Origin: a virus | Virus record (IMG/VR): IMGVR_UViG_3300020147_000001 | Span: 2,724-66,723 of that record | Strand: one strand, 5' to 3' | Length of the DNA: 64,000 bases | Shown: positions 28,765 through 39,218 of the stretch, one piece after another | Position numbering within the stretch: the stretch's first letter is position 1 | Layout of the letters: each line of letters starts with the position of its first letter | Made by a program: the position numbers and the translations under genes | Notes under the pieces: model-generated | Databases searched by the model: none | Told to the model about the DNA's origin: nothing | Seen by the model: the letters and a program-made list of their open reading frames with translations, nothing else

Positions 28765-30824
28765 CCTCGCCCCAAGCGCGCTCGCGCGTCGGCGCGCTGC
28801 TGGTCGTAGTCAGGCTTGCTTGCTCCGAGGCCTGAAAACAGGCCGTAGTCTGACGAGCCGATGATCGGCAGGCCCAAAAAGCCCTTCTTGCCGGCGGCCT
28901 CGGCTGCGTCGATCGACGTGAGCGCCGTCTGGAGTGCAGCCTTGTCGGACGCGTGCTGGCCTGCGATCGCCATGTCGTTGGCGATGAGCCCATTGGCGGT
29001 CCACTGGTTGTTGGCGATGTTCTGGCCGATGACGCCGCTGTCGAAGTTGCGGCTGTCGGTGTTGATGCCGATCTGCTGGCCTTGCACGCCGAGCCGCCGG
29101 TCGAGCTGCGTCTGCTCGCCTTGCCACTGCCGCTGGCTCGCGAGGTCCCAGCCCTGCACCACGTCGCGGTCGCGCACGTAGTTGTTGTTCGCGACGCTCG
29201 TTTCGCCCTGGAAGATGTTCGAGGCGTTGTTGCTGTTCTGCGCGCTCGCGTTGAGCCCGAGCCCGGTGAAGTCCGTCGCGCGACCCCAAAGCGCGTCGCG
29301 CTCAGCCTGGTTGAACTCTGCGTTGAACATATCCACGCCGAGCGAGCCTTCGCGGTTGAAGCGCGACATATCGTCCGCCGCCATGCCGCGGTTGAACGCT
29401 TGCTGCTGCATGGTGTTCGCCTGATTGCCGTAGGCGATGCCGCTCTGCAGACGCGTTTGCTGGTTGTTCGCGCTCGCGTTGTCCTGCGCCACGCCACGCT
29501 TGTATTCCTGATCGAACGAGCTCTGCTGCGCGGTCTCGGCGCCCTGCTGGTACAGGCCGAGCGCCTGCAGCTGCCTGTTCGCGTTGCCCGTCGCGAGCGC
29601 GTTGCCCGCGTCGTTCAGGGTCGTCGCAAGCGAGCCCTTCAGCTTGAGCATGTCGCCCGCACGCTGCACGGCGCCGGCGCTTGCCGCGAGGTCGCTGAGC
29701 ACGCGCTTTTGCGAGATGTCAGCGTTCGCGAGTGCACCCGAGGTGAGCTCCGCGCCGCCACCGGCCATGCCGCGTCGGCGAAGATTGCTCATCTTCGCTT
29801 GCGCCACGCCGCGCATCTCGGACTCCCAGCGCTGCCGGGCTTGCTCGTAGAGGAAGTTTTCTTGGTCGGTGACTGCAGGGTTGCTGAGCTCGCTCGCCTG
29901 ATCGAGCGCTTGCATGGCCGACGCGTAGGCCTTGGGGTCGGCTTCGCCTACTTCGACATCCTTCGAGCCCTGGCTTACCCCGTAGAGATCCTCGAGGCCC
30001 TGGTCGCGCATGGCGACGTACCTCGGGTCTGCATACGCGCCGGCGGCTGCTGACTGGTAGTCGAGCGCGCCGTTCATGCCGCCGCCGAGAAACCCGAGCG
30101 CTTCGTTCTGCGCTGCGAGCGCGGCAGGATCTGCGATGGCAGCCTGCGAAACGAGATCGCCGTCCCACGAGACGCCGCTCTCCAAAGGAGAGCTGAGCTG
30201 CCCGTAGACGCCGCCGAGGTTGTTGATGAGCCCGCTGTTGAACTGACTCAGCCCGGTCAGCTCGTCGCGGTACGTGCCGAGCGCTGCGTTCGAGGCGCTG
30301 TTCGCGGTGTCACGCGACTGACCAAGGGCTGCGGCGAGCGCAGCCGAGCGATCTACGTAGGCTTGGTTGTTGGGGTCTTGGGCGTCGATGAGTCCGCCCA
30401 TTTGATCCACGGCGCGCTGGTTATCCGCGCGCGTGCGCTCCCCGAGCTGCTCCATGCGGATCAGCTCTTCGCGGTTTTTTTGCGAGGCGTCTTCGACGCG
30501 TTGGCCGGCGCGGCTGATCGCGTTGATCTCGGGGCTCACGTACGCGGAATCGCCGCCGTTCTTCGCATACCAAAGCTGCGGCGCTTGCACGCCTTGCGGG
30601 TTCGCCTCTTGCGACGCGATGCCCTTGGCGACCATCGCGTCCTGCTGCTCCGGCGTCATCTGGCTGAAGAGCCACGAGCTGAAGTCGTCAGGTTCGCCGT
30701 AGGTCGCGCGTTGGTTCGACGGCCCTTGCGGGATCTCGACGATCGTATCTCCGACCGGACGCCATGTACCCGAGTACTCGTCGTAGTAGTAATCGTCCGT
30801 GTTGAATGGGACTGCTTCGGGCAT
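28761..30824 (-). CDS. putative internal virion / ejection protein
   Basis: 687-aa A/Q/N/G-rich ORF; synteny. Confidence 0.6.
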   Translation of the reverse strand: MPEAVPFNTDDYYYDEYSGTWRPVGDTIVEIPQGPSNQRATYGEPDDFSSWLFSQMTPEQQDAMVAKGIASQEANPQGVQAPQLWYAKNGGDSAYVSPEINAISRAGQRVEDASQKNREELIRMEQLGERTRADNQRAVDQMGGLIDAQDPNNQAYVDRSAALAAALGQSRDTANSASNAALGTYRDELTGLSQFNSGLINNLGGVYGQLSSPLESGVSWDGDLVSQAAIADPAALAAQNEALGFLGGGMNGALDYQSAAAGAYADPRYVAMRDQGLEDLYGVSQGSKDVEVGEADPKAYASAMQALDQASELSNPAVTDQENFLYEQARQRWESEMRGVAQAKMSNLRRRGMAGGGAELTSGALANADISQKRVLSDLAASAGAVQRAGDMLKLKGSLATTLNDAGNALATGNANRQLQALGLYQQGAETAQQSSFDQEYKRGVAQDNASANNQQTRLQSGIAYGNQANTMQQQAFNRGMAADDMSRFNREGSLGVDMFNAEFNQAERDALWGRATDFTGLGLNASAQNSNNASNIFQGETSVANNNYVRDRDVVQGWDLASQRQWQGEQTQLDRRLGVQGQQIGINTDSRNFDSGVIGQNIANNQWTANGLIANDMAIAGQHASDKAALQTALTSIDAAEAAGKKGFLGLPIIGSSDYGLFSGLGASKPDYDQQRADARARLGRG

Positions 30825-31177
30825 TAACCGATCACCAAAAGCCGGATGGTTGTGTAGCGAACGCCCGCAACGAGCGCGCTGAGCTTGAGCGTCACCACGC
30901 CCTTGTCGAACGTCATGCCACTCAGCGGCGAAGTCGAAACGGTTCCGTCGACCGTCTCGCTGTACACGTTGACAACGCCGACAGGTCGCGTCGGCGAGCT
31001 GAACACGATGCCGCCGTCCGAGTAGAACTGGTTGGAGATCGTAACGAGGCGCATCTTCGGGATTGACTGCAAGACGCCCGCGAGGTCGCGCAGGTTTTCG
31101 CCTACGTTGCGCGCTTCAGCTTTGTCGTCTGAGGCCCACACGCGCTGACGCAGAGGCCGCTTTTGCCCGGCGGTCAT
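30824..31177 (-). CDS. small tail-associated protein
   Basis: ATG overlaps the nozzle stop; synteny. Confidence 0.6.
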   Translation of the reverse strand: MTAGQKRPLRQRVWASDDKAEARNVGENLRDLAGVLQSIPKMRLVTISNQFYSDGGIVFSSPTRPVGVVNVYSETVDGTVSTSPLSGMTFDKGVVTLKLSALVAGVRYTTIRLLVIG

Positions 31178-33852
31178 CGCTTGATCCTTTGCGGGGTAAC
31201 GTCCTCGTAGCTGATCGAAAACCCCTCGAGTTTCGGAGGCTGCAGGGTTGTGGCGTCGGGTGACCCGCTGATCACGAGCTCGGGCGCGATGCTGTTTGCC
31301 ATGGCAGGCCACGCGCGCGGAATCGTGAAGCCGACTCGGCTCATCTCCATCTGGTTGCCAGTGGGGCTGCTCGTGGGAATGACCCGTGTGCCAGCGCTGA
31401 TCGCCTGCGAGCGCAGCTCACAGGTGTAATTGGTCTCTTGCCAAGGCGCCGAGAACGAGAGGTTGATGTCGCGCCAGTGCTTCAGCGAGTAGGAACCGTT
31501 CACGCCGTAGAAGGGCTGAAAGCGCGCGGTCAGGCCTTCATAAGCGCCGAAATTGGCGATCTGATCGGCGATGAGGTCGCGTCTACCAGCGTACAGCATG
31601 AACATGCGCTGCAGTGACTGGTTGTACGTCGCAAGCGACGGCACCTCGCCTGGATGGTAGCTCGGTACGCGCACCATCCACGTGTCGGTCTTGACGTTGT
31701 AGACCCAGATCTTCCCGAAGACAGTTCCGGAGTTGTGCCGATACCGGATCCAGATCTCCTCGTTGGCGTTGTCGACGGCCATCCACGGCCACGTCGTGCT
31801 GATGCCGTTTGGACTGATGTCGCTGGACCAACTCTTGTTGGGCAACATGAACTGCGCATCGGAGTCGGGCCATCCCGTAGGATTGATGCGCCCGTCCGAA
31901 AGCTGGCGAACCGTACCTTCGCTGCTGATCGCAACGACGCCGCGGTTTGTGAGCGCGTACACGCTGTCGCGAAACACCACCGCGCAGTCGGGGTTCGTGA
32001 TGATGAGACTGGGGTCTACCGGGTCGATCACCCAGTCATATTCTTCGCCCACCGAGCCGCCGGCGCCGCTCAACCGGAAGAGCCCATCGCTGCAGAAAAA
32101 CCAGAGGCAGTCACGCGTCGCGATGATCTTGTAGATCTCACCCTGGCCGCAGAACGCGTAGTTCGAGGGCGGGCAGTTTTCCGGCTCGTTGTTCTCGCTC
32201 CACGCAAACCCGTTCTTCTGCTGGCTGCCTTCTTCGGTGTGAGCCGTTGCGTTGAGCTCCGGCAGGTACGGCGAGAAGTTTTGCCCGTTCGTCGCGCGCA
32301 GCGTGATCGGGCTGTTCGTGCGCATGCGGATCACAAGGCCGCCCGTGGGCACGAAGTTGGGATAGACGCCTGCAGGGTTTTCGGTCGTGATCGGCTCGAG
32401 GCCTACAGCCGCAACGTCGAGCTGCGTGTTGAGGTTCGAGGTGTTGCCGAAAAAGAGCTGCGAAACAAACGACTGCGGAGACTCTGTGGCAGACACGTTG
32501 AGCCCGTTGAGCTCGATCCGGTCGAGGACATCCACGCGCACGTTGCCGCTGTATGAGCTGTTGACAGCGCCCGTGATCGTAGTCGCTCCCACCGACACAA
32601 CGGTGTTGTTGGGCGTCACGAGCAAGCCGCTGTCGACGCGATAGACGTTGAAGGTCTGTCCAACAACAACGCCGTACGTGTTCGGGAGCCCCGTGACCGT
32701 AGGGCTACCGCTCGTCGCTGTTTGCCCAGTGGTCGTGTAGCGAATGCCGATGCCCTGGGTCAGCACGTAATAGCCCGCTGTGGCGAAAGGCATGAATCCC
32801 CAGTAGTAGGGGTTCAGAAGCGTGAACGTCGCCGGATCCCAACGGTTGGCATAGAAGGCGTGACCTCGAAAGGTCGCGCATGTTTTCGCTGGTGTTGGCG
32901 GGAGCGGGAGCGCTGACGCGCCCCCGACTGAGACGTTTGTCAGAAGCGCTTCACCGAGCGTCGCCGGCAGCGTGGTGTCTGACGAGAGGTTGAAATACGT
33001 TGCCCAGTTCGCCGCCCAGCGAACCGTTTTCGAGAGGTAGAAGCTGCTGCCGGTGCTGATCGGAAGGTATTTGTTGGAGACGCTGTCGTACCCAACGCTC
33101 TGCGCGCGCGTGCGATAGATATCGAGGTGGTGGCTGTAGTAACCGCTGCTTAGTGTGAGGTCGGCCTTTGTGATCCACTGCGAATGGACCTGCGGCAATG
33201 TCGTGCTGAGGTTTGCGTAGTCGTACGGAACAGCCGGAGGGCTGACGAGCTCATACCCATCCCTGTGCACCATGCGCAGAACGGACGTGGCCGAGAAGTG
33301 CTGGTTGGGGCCGAGGTACGCGGGGTCATCTGCCAAGCCGCTGAACGCGTTGCGGTCGTACAGGATCGTCTGGTAAACGCCGCAGTTTCGCGGTCCTTCC
33401 AGGCCGTTCATGATGCCATCGGCGTCTTCGAACACGTCGAACGCAAAGGACCGCACAGCGCCCGTGATGATCACGCGGTTGCGCGCGAACACGATGCCCG
33501 TGCGCGCGTCGTTCGTGATGTAGCTGTTCCACGGTGCGGGAATATCCCGCTTGAGCGTGATGTACCCGCTGAAGGATGTGGAGCATGTAACGCAGAGCTG
33601 CCACGTGCCGAGCGCGGTGTGCTCTACAAGGAAGATCGTGTACGGGCCTTCCGAGAGGGCGTAGATGCCGCCCACGAGGTTGCCGTTGAGGAAGTCGGTG
33701 TTCGCCAGCTCGAACTTTCGTACCGGCTCCAAGACGCCAAACGAGCGAATCGCACCGTTGATCGCGTAGGAGAACGCGCCCGGAGGGAACTGCCCGACCT
33801 TGTTCGGCTCGGTGATAAGGCCTTGCGGCTTCACCGCGATTTGATCGCTCAC
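31174..33852 (-). CDS. putative tail nozzle / tail tubular protein B-like
   Basis: 892 aa, beta-propeller-like (FRGHAFYAN, FAWSENNEPE, WVYNVKTDTW); follows the adaptor gene. Confidence 0.7.
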   Translation of the reverse strand: MSDQIAVKPQGLITEPNKVGQFPPGAFSYAINGAIRSFGVLEPVRKFELANTDFLNGNLVGGIYALSEGPYTIFLVEHTALGTWQLCVTCSTSFSGYITLKRDIPAPWNSYITNDARTGIVFARNRVIITGAVRSFAFDVFEDADGIMNGLEGPRNCGVYQTILYDRNAFSGLADDPAYLGPNQHFSATSVLRMVHRDGYELVSPPAVPYDYANLSTTLPQVHSQWITKADLTLSSGYYSHHLDIYRTRAQSVGYDSVSNKYLPISTGSSFYLSKTVRWAANWATYFNLSSDTTLPATLGEALLTNVSVGGASALPLPPTPAKTCATFRGHAFYANRWDPATFTLLNPYYWGFMPFATAGYYVLTQGIGIRYTTTGQTATSGSPTVTGLPNTYGVVVGQTFNVYRVDSGLLVTPNNTVVSVGATTITGAVNSSYSGNVRVDVLDRIELNGLNVSATESPQSFVSQLFFGNTSNLNTQLDVAAVGLEPITTENPAGVYPNFVPTGGLVIRMRTNSPITLRATNGQNFSPYLPELNATAHTEEGSQQKNGFAWSENNEPENCPPSNYAFCGQGEIYKIIATRDCLWFFCSDGLFRLSGAGGSVGEEYDWVIDPVDPSLIITNPDCAVVFRDSVYALTNRGVVAISSEGTVRQLSDGRINPTGWPDSDAQFMLPNKSWSSDISPNGISTTWPWMAVDNANEEIWIRYRHNSGTVFGKIWVYNVKTDTWMVRVPSYHPGEVPSLATYNQSLQRMFMLYAGRRDLIADQIANFGAYEGLTARFQPFYGVNGSYSLKHWRDINLSFSAPWQETNYTCELRSQAISAGTRVIPTSSPTGNQMEMSRVGFTIPRAWPAMANSIAPELVISGSPDATTLQPPKLEGFSISYEDVTPQRIKR

Positions 33853-34823
33853 CGGCCGATCCTCCAGCGTCGGAGTTCGGTCAGCGGCGCGCGGATCTTC
33901 CGCGGCTCTTCGCGCGTGCGGTTCGAGTACAGATTGTCGAAGCGTGCGAGGTCAGCTGTAACATCGCCGGCGAAGTTCGCAGCCTTTTGCTGGTAGCCGC
34001 GCTGAACCAATACCTTCGTGCTTGCAACGTCCACCACGCAGCGGTGGAAGTCCTCGGGCAGCATCGGCCAGTCGCTCTGACCGTACGCACGAACCCAGTC
34101 GCCTACCTGCACATCACGCAGCGTCGCAGCGCTGGTCACGGCCACCGTAAAGACGTTGCCGGAAATCGTGGCAATGCCGTTGCTCAGCGAGTGGTCGAAC
34201 CAGCCGCTCGGCTTCACCACGTCGAAGTTGACAGTGCCGGTCATCGCCACGGGCGATGCCAGCGACATGTCGAACGGAACAGCGGTCACCGTGATCGTAC
34301 GGTTGGCCACGTCCACCGAGCTCACCAAGCCGCGCGACGTTCCTGACACGTTGTTCTGACTCGGCATGAGCCGAGGCGGGCGCCGGTAGTAGGTGACGCG
34401 CAGCACGTAGCTGCTGTTGTCCGGCGTCGGCAAAAGAACGATGTCGTTGCCACGAAGAACGTATGCCTGCGGCTGCCCGAGCCCGTTGTAAGACGACTCG
34501 AAGAGATCGGCGTGTCCTTCATCAACCTTGTTCAGTCGAGCAAAGTTGATGTTGCTCACGTCAGAGATGGTTCCGAATCCAATCTCCAGCTTTCCGAGCA
34601 CCGTCATGTGTCGCTGGAGCCGATAGGTGGACTGGTTCGTCGCTACGCCGATGTACGTTTGCTGTTGCCAGGTTCCGTTGCGAAACCCGACGATCATGTC
34701 CTGAAACTTTGTGGTCAAAGCATCGGAGAGCTCGCGCAGGAGCACGGAGTCGGGGTAGTCGACCGCCGTGTTTTCAAGCAGCGTGTTCAGACGCAGCTGC
34801 TCCAGCATCTCCGTTGTGTTCAC
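33849..34823 (-). CDS. putative head-tail adaptor
   Basis: GQPQAYVLRGNDIVLLPTPD..LRVTYYRRP pattern of phage adaptors. Confidence 0.7.
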   Translation of the reverse strand: MNTTEMLEQLRLNTLLENTAVDYPDSVLLRELSDALTTKFQDMIVGFRNGTWQQQTYIGVATNQSTYRLQRHMTVLGKLEIGFGTISDVSNINFARLNKVDEGHADLFESSYNGLGQPQAYVLRGNDIVLLPTPDNSSYVLRVTYYRRPPRLMPSQNNVSGTSRGLVSSVDVANRTITVTAVPFDMSLASPVAMTGTVNFDVVKPSGWFDHSLSNGIATISGNVFTVAVTSAATLRDVQVGDWVRAYGQSDWPMLPEDFHRCVVDVASTKVLVQRGYQQKAANFAGDVTADLARFDNLYSNRTREEPRKIRAPLTELRRWRIGR

Positions 34824-35281
34824 GCGAGGAAGCTCCCGGAGAAGCGTCCGAGCGGATCTTCTTCTTCACGCACAGAGGGGCCGGTGCCCCAGGGATCGAG
34901 CTTGTGTAGCTGCTCTTGCGGCTGCAGCGCCGCCGGGCTGATGTCTCCACCTGCCCAGTCAGGATTTTCAACCGCTTCGGCAAGCGACGAGCTGCTGGAA
35001 CCGATGTTCTTGGTGCTGGGCGACTGCTTCAAGTACGCCTGAAGCAGGTTGCCAATGTTGTTGTTGCGTCCCGCTTCGGCTTGGCGCTCGATGTCTCCGA
35101 GGCCGGCCCTGTAGTCTTCCGCCATGCCGGCGTAGGGCGAGCCGCCGAGCTCGTTTGCGCGTGTGCGCAAGATGTTCTGCGTGGCGTTGCGACCCGATTG
35201 AACAATCGCGTCCTGCTTCGCCTGCTGCGACTGCTGCTCGCTCAGCGCGGCAGCGAGCACAGCCAAAATCGGAAATGCCAT
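34820..35281 (-). CDS. putative small internal virion protein
   Basis: Hydrophobic N-terminus with a Gln-rich helix. Confidence 0.5.
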   Translation of the reverse strand: MAFPILAVLAAALSEQQSQQAKQDAIVQSGRNATQNILRTRANELGGSPYAGMAEDYRAGLGDIERQAEAGRNNNIGNLLQAYLKQSPSTKNIGSSSSSLAEAVENPDWAGGDISPAALQPQEQLHKLDPWGTGPSVREEEDPLGRFSGSFLA

Positions 35282-36390
35282 CAGCGGCCTCCAAACCAGC
35301 TACCGGCCATGCCGGCGAGCTTCTTGAGCCAATCGCTGTCGAGCTTGCTCGACGAACCCTTGCCGCCACCGCCGCCGTTAGCGGCAGACGACCCGGAAGG
35401 TTTTTTGTCGCCTTCGTTGCCGGCGATCGGAACCGCGCCGTCTGGCACGTCGTAGTAGTTGGCGTCGTCTTGCGCGCGCTTTTTGTTGTCTGCGTCGATG
35501 GCCTTTTTGGCCACGCCACGCGAGTAGTAGTTGCCCTCGGTGTCGTACTGACCGCCTTGACGCTCGGCGAGCTGCTGCGCTTGGGTTACGCGATCCTTTT
35601 TCAGGTCGTCGTAGCCCTGCATGCCTTGGAAGCTGGCGATGTTCTCGGTGTCGAAGCCGGCCTTCAGCCGCGCCGCTTCCGAGTTGCTCTTTGCCTCGTT
35701 CAGGCGGGCTTGCTGCTCGGACGTGTAACCGCCCGCCCAGTGCCGCTGCGGAATGGGCTTGTCCTTTTCCTTTTCTTCCTCGGCCGCAGGCTGCGCGCCG
35801 CTGCCGCCGCCGAGCGCACCGCCAAGCGCGTTGCCGATGCCGCTCATGCCTCCGCCGCCGAGCATTGAGCCTAGGCCGCTCAAGCCTCCGCCGCCGAACA
35901 GCGAACCGAGGCTGCTCAGTCCGCCGCCGCCAGCGGCCATCGAGCTCAGCCCAGACAGCGGGCTTGAACCTCCGCCGCTGCTGCCGCCGCCCGCCCAGTT
36001 CGCGAAGATGCCGCCTGGTTGATAGGCTTCCCAGGTGGATCCCGAGTGCGTGGGCAGGTTGCGGTTTTGCGCCGTGAACTGGTTTTGGACCGAGCCCGTG
36101 AGCTGCGCGCCGGGCTGCATGAATGCGCTGCCCCAGGCGAGCATCGCGTTTTTGGCAGCGGTGTTGCCGGAAGATTGGTTGGTGACTGTCTTGGACCCGC
36201 CAGACTGCGCGCTCGGGTTGGCCGACGGCATGTAGCTCGCGCCGTTCTTCACCATGAGCGTCTTGGCGAGCTCGCCCGGCTTATAGGTCGTCGGCTTGTA
36301 GCCAATCGCCGTGTTCGCCGTGTTGTTCTTGGCCGCGAGCGCGTTGATCGCTGCAGCAGCCTTCGGGTCTGTCATTCCATAGCCGGCCAT
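35281..36390 (-). CDS. Gly/Ser-rich low-complexity protein
   Basis: GGGGLSSLGS-like repeats; coupled ORF. Confidence 0.65.
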   Translation of the reverse strand: MAGYGMTDPKAAAAINALAAKNNTANTAIGYKPTTYKPGELAKTLMVKNGASYMPSANPSAQSGGSKTVTNQSSGNTAAKNAMLAWGSAFMQPGAQLTGSVQNQFTAQNRNLPTHSGSTWEAYQPGGIFANWAGGGSSGGGSSPLSGLSSMAAGGGGLSSLGSLFGGGGLSGLGSMLGGGGMSGIGNALGGALGGGSGAQPAAEEEKEKDKPIPQRHWAGGYTSEQQARLNEAKSNSEAARLKAGFDTENIASFQGMQGYDDLKKDRVTQAQQLAERQGGQYDTEGNYYSRGVAKKAIDADNKKRAQDDANYYDVPDGAVPIAGNEGDKKPSGSSAANGGGGGKGSSSKLDSDWLKKLAGMAGSWFGGR

Positions 36391-36399
36391 GACGACTCC

Positions 36400-37302
36400 T
36401 TAGGCAAGCCAGTTGCCCTGGTTTTGCGTGTCGATCTCATCCCGCGTCGGAGGACGCGGCGCGATCACAGGCTGATGCGTTTGCGTGGGGCGGCCGACAG
36501 CGACGGGCGCGGTCGGGCGTGGTGCGGGTGCAGCCTTTGGCTGCGAAACCGGATAGACCCTGCCGCTTTGGTCGTAGGCAAAATCGCCTTTGCCGTAGCT
36601 GCCATCGTTGTTCAGCGTGCCGGCGTGGTAGGCGGCCTCTTCCGAGCTCGAGTACTGCCCTGGCCCCTTGGGCGCTCCGCCGTACTGCTGCGCGGCGCGC
36701 TCGTATTGGATTCGCTGAACGTCTTGCTGCGTGAGCGGCTTGGACGCTGCGGCTTGCGGCGCTGCCGCCCGCGGCTGCGCTTGTGCAGGCGCCGCCCTCG
36801 GCGGCGCGGACGCCGGCGCGAGCTGCTGTTGCTGTTGCGGCGGTGCTCCACCCGAAAGAGCAGCGCTCGAAAAGCCCGAGGGCATGCGCAGATTCGGCGC
36901 GGGTGCTGCACCAGCAGCGCTGGGCGCGCGCGACATCAACGGGAGATTCCAGCTCGGTGCAGAACCGAGCGTGGAGCTCTGTCCTGCGCCGCCAAGGATC
37001 CCGCCTGAGGGGCGGTTCGGTAGCGAGAACGAGGGAAAGCCTGAGCTCGCGCCTGCAGTTTTCGGCGCGGGGTAGAGCGTGTTGCCGGTCGCGCCCTTGA
37101 GCGACGACAGCGACGGCAGTGAGGGAAAGCTAGACGTGCCCGAGCCGAGCGATTTCAGCGAAGGAAAGCTCGAGCTTGCGCCGGCGGAGCCGGAGCTCCA
37201 GCTGGGCATGGGCAGCTTCCAGCTGCTCGTTGACGCAGCGCGCGGGGTGCTCGAGCTGCCGCCGAGCGCACCAAAGCCACTCGTTGGATAGCGAAACGTC
37301 AC
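36400..37302 (-). CDS. Ser/Pro/Ala-rich disordered protein
   Basis: SSFPSL repeats; coupled ORF. Confidence 0.6.
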   Translation of the reverse strand: MTFRYPTSGFGALGGSSSTPRAASTSSWKLPMPSWSSGSAGASSSFPSLKSLGSGTSSFPSLPSLSSLKGATGNTLYPAPKTAGASSGFPSFSLPNRPSGGILGGAGQSSTLGSAPSWNLPLMSRAPSAAGAAPAPNLRMPSGFSSAALSGGAPPQQQQQLAPASAPPRAAPAQAQPRAAAPQAAASKPLTQQDVQRIQYERAAQQYGGAPKGPGQYSSSEEAAYHAGTLNNDGSYGKGDFAYDQSGRVYPVSQPKAAPAPRPTAPVAVGRPTQTHQPVIAPRPPTRDEIDTQNQGNWLA

Positions 37303-37823
37303 GGCGCCGGGTCCTTTTTGGCGGGCGCCTTAGAGCGCTGCGCGGGCTTGGATTGGCGTCCGCCAGCCCAACCGGCGGCCCACCAGGCGCCCTGCTTGGC
37401 AGCGGCTTCTTTGGGTTTGTCGGGCGGCGTGTTGGGGTTTGGCTCCGTGGGAGCCGCGCCCTGTCCCTGATTCCAGGGGAGACGCGATGCAAAGCCGTGC
37501 GGCATCTGCATGCGCTCTTTGAGCTTGTCGCGGAAGTCTGTGCCGCGCTGGCCGAAGCCGCCTTTGAGATCGCCCTCGAACAGCTTTCCAAGACCGCCAT
37601 AGAACGCGTCCATGCCGGTACGGAAGTCGGTGCGGCGCTGGTCCTGTGCAGAGCGAAACTGCTGGAGCCAAGGCGGCACGTTGCTTGGTGCAGCGGGCGT
37701 GTTCGGAGCAGCGGGCGCAGGCTGCGGCGTCGGAGTCGGCGCGGGATCCGGCCGCGCGATGGGCGCTTGCTCGCCGGCCTCCAGCATGCCGTCGCCGTTC
37801 AAGTCGTCGTCGTGAAGAGCCAT
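37299..37823 (-). CDS. hypothetical Pro-rich protein
   Basis: GAGGTG SD; first gene after the capsid terminator. Confidence 0.6.
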   Translation of the reverse strand: MALHDDDLNGDGMLEAGEQAPIARPDPAPTPTPQPAPAAPNTPAAPSNVPPWLQQFRSAQDQRRTDFRTGMDAFYGGLGKLFEGDLKGGFGQRGTDFRDKLKERMQMPHGFASRLPWNQGQGAAPTEPNPNTPPDKPKEAAAKQGAWWAAGWAGGRQSKPAQRSKAPAKKDPAP

Positions 37824-37835
37824 GCGGTCACCTCG

Positions 37836-37883
37836 AAAAACAACCAGGCGCGCGCGGTGCAGACCGTGACCGCGCGCACCTGG
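37836..37883 (-). terminator. intrinsic terminator after the capsid gene
   Basis: ccaggtgcgcgcggt/accgcgcgcgcctgg stem followed by TTGTTTTT on the minus strand. Confidence 0.7.
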
Positions 37884-37895
37884 ATGAGCTTTGAA

Positions 37896-39218
37896 TTACG
37901 AGGCGAGAGCGACGCCGCCGTTGGCGGTGTTGTTCTGAATTCCCGTGATCAAGAAATTCCGATACGGCATCTCGAACACAGGAGCCTGGTTCGAGAAGAT
38001 GCGCAGCGACGCACCAGCGTTGCTCGGCATGTGCTGGAAGAATGCTTCCGCACCTCCGCCGATCGGACGCATGGTGAGGTCGGTGCTTCCGACGCGCCGG
38101 AAGTTGTCACCCGAGATGAAGAAGGCCTGGCCTTGCTTCGCGTACTGATAGACGACGACTTCCACCTGTCCGGCGGCAGTCTCGTAGATCAGCTGCGATG
38201 CACCCTGCCTCTTCACCTTGTCGGTGTTCCCGGTGTAGCGCTGCAGCGCGTTCGCCTCTTCAGCCATGTCGGCGAAGGTCGGCGCGCACACGAAGAGCTT
38301 GCCGCCGTTTTTCACGCCGTTGATGCTGACGGCTGCGGCCATCGCCATGATCTTCGCGCGGGACATTGCGCCGCCGGCGGAGAACGTCATGCAGCGCCAA
38401 GGCGCCACGGAGCTGGCGTCGATCCCGAAGATCGTGCCGGTGTTGTTGTAGATCGCCTCGAGGCCGAAGGCGCTCTTGGTGCGCCAGCCGAACGGCACGA
38501 TGCGGTCGTTGGCCGCGACGGTTGCAGCCGAAGACGCTTTGTACAAAGTTAGACGCGTCTGCGTGGTGCTCGGGCGTGACCGCACGATGACTTCCGTCTC
38601 ACGCACGGTAGTGCCGTCCGCTTGATAGACATCCACGCGCATGCCGGTGTTACCCGCGCCGCCGCTGGCTGCGATGATCCACAGGCCGGGGATCCACGAC
38701 GCTTCGGTGAGGTATACGACCTGCACCGCGCCAAGGTTCGCGCCGGAGACCGACCCGCCCACGACACCGATGTTCGAAGCGACAGCAGCCGAGGTGCCAG
38801 GCCCGTAGGCCAGCGCCAGCTCGCGGTACATCGCGGCGCCTTGCAGCATCGCCTGCACCGTCTGATCGAGCGCGGTCTTGTACGCGCCGCCCGAGGAACC
38901 GTTGCCGGTGCCATTGAGCGACTTGTAGATGGTGTCGTACGACACCACCGACTGCAGCATGATCGTCGCGCCGTCCAAGTTCGCGTTCAACACGGTGGAG
39001 TCCACCGGGGCGTTGAGCGCGAATGCACTGTTGTCGACGTTCGCGGTCTGACCGAGCTCGAGGCCGGTCAGAACGGGGAAGTTGTAGCCGAGACCGGGGC
39101 GGTTCTCGGAGGGAATGAAGTCACCAAAATCTGCGAGGGTGTGTTCGTCTGGCAGCGGGTCGATCCATCGACCATAGCGCTGCTTGAACATGCCCTGAAC
39201 TGAGGCAAACGATGCCAT
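37896..39218 (-). CDS. major capsid protein
   Basis: 440 aa, after portal and scaffold, followed by a terminator. Confidence 0.8.
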   Translation of the reverse strand: MASFASVQGMFKQRYGRWIDPLPDEHTLADFGDFIPSENRPGLGYNFPVLTGLELGQTANVDNSAFALNAPVDSTVLNANLDGATIMLQSVVSYDTIYKSLNGTGNGSSGGAYKTALDQTVQAMLQGAAMYRELALAYGPGTSAAVASNIGVVGGSVSGANLGAVQVVYLTEASWIPGLWIIAASGGAGNTGMRVDVYQADGTTVRETEVIVRSRPSTTQTRLTLYKASSAATVAANDRIVPFGWRTKSAFGLEAIYNNTGTIFGIDASSVAPWRCMTFSAGGAMSRAKIMAMAAAVSINGVKNGGKLFVCAPTFADMAEEANALQRYTGNTDKVKRQGASQLIYETAAGQVEVVVYQYAKQGQAFFISGDNFRRVGSTDLTMRPIGGGAEAFFQHMPSNAGASLRIFSNQAPVFEMPYRNFLITGIQNNTANGGVALAS

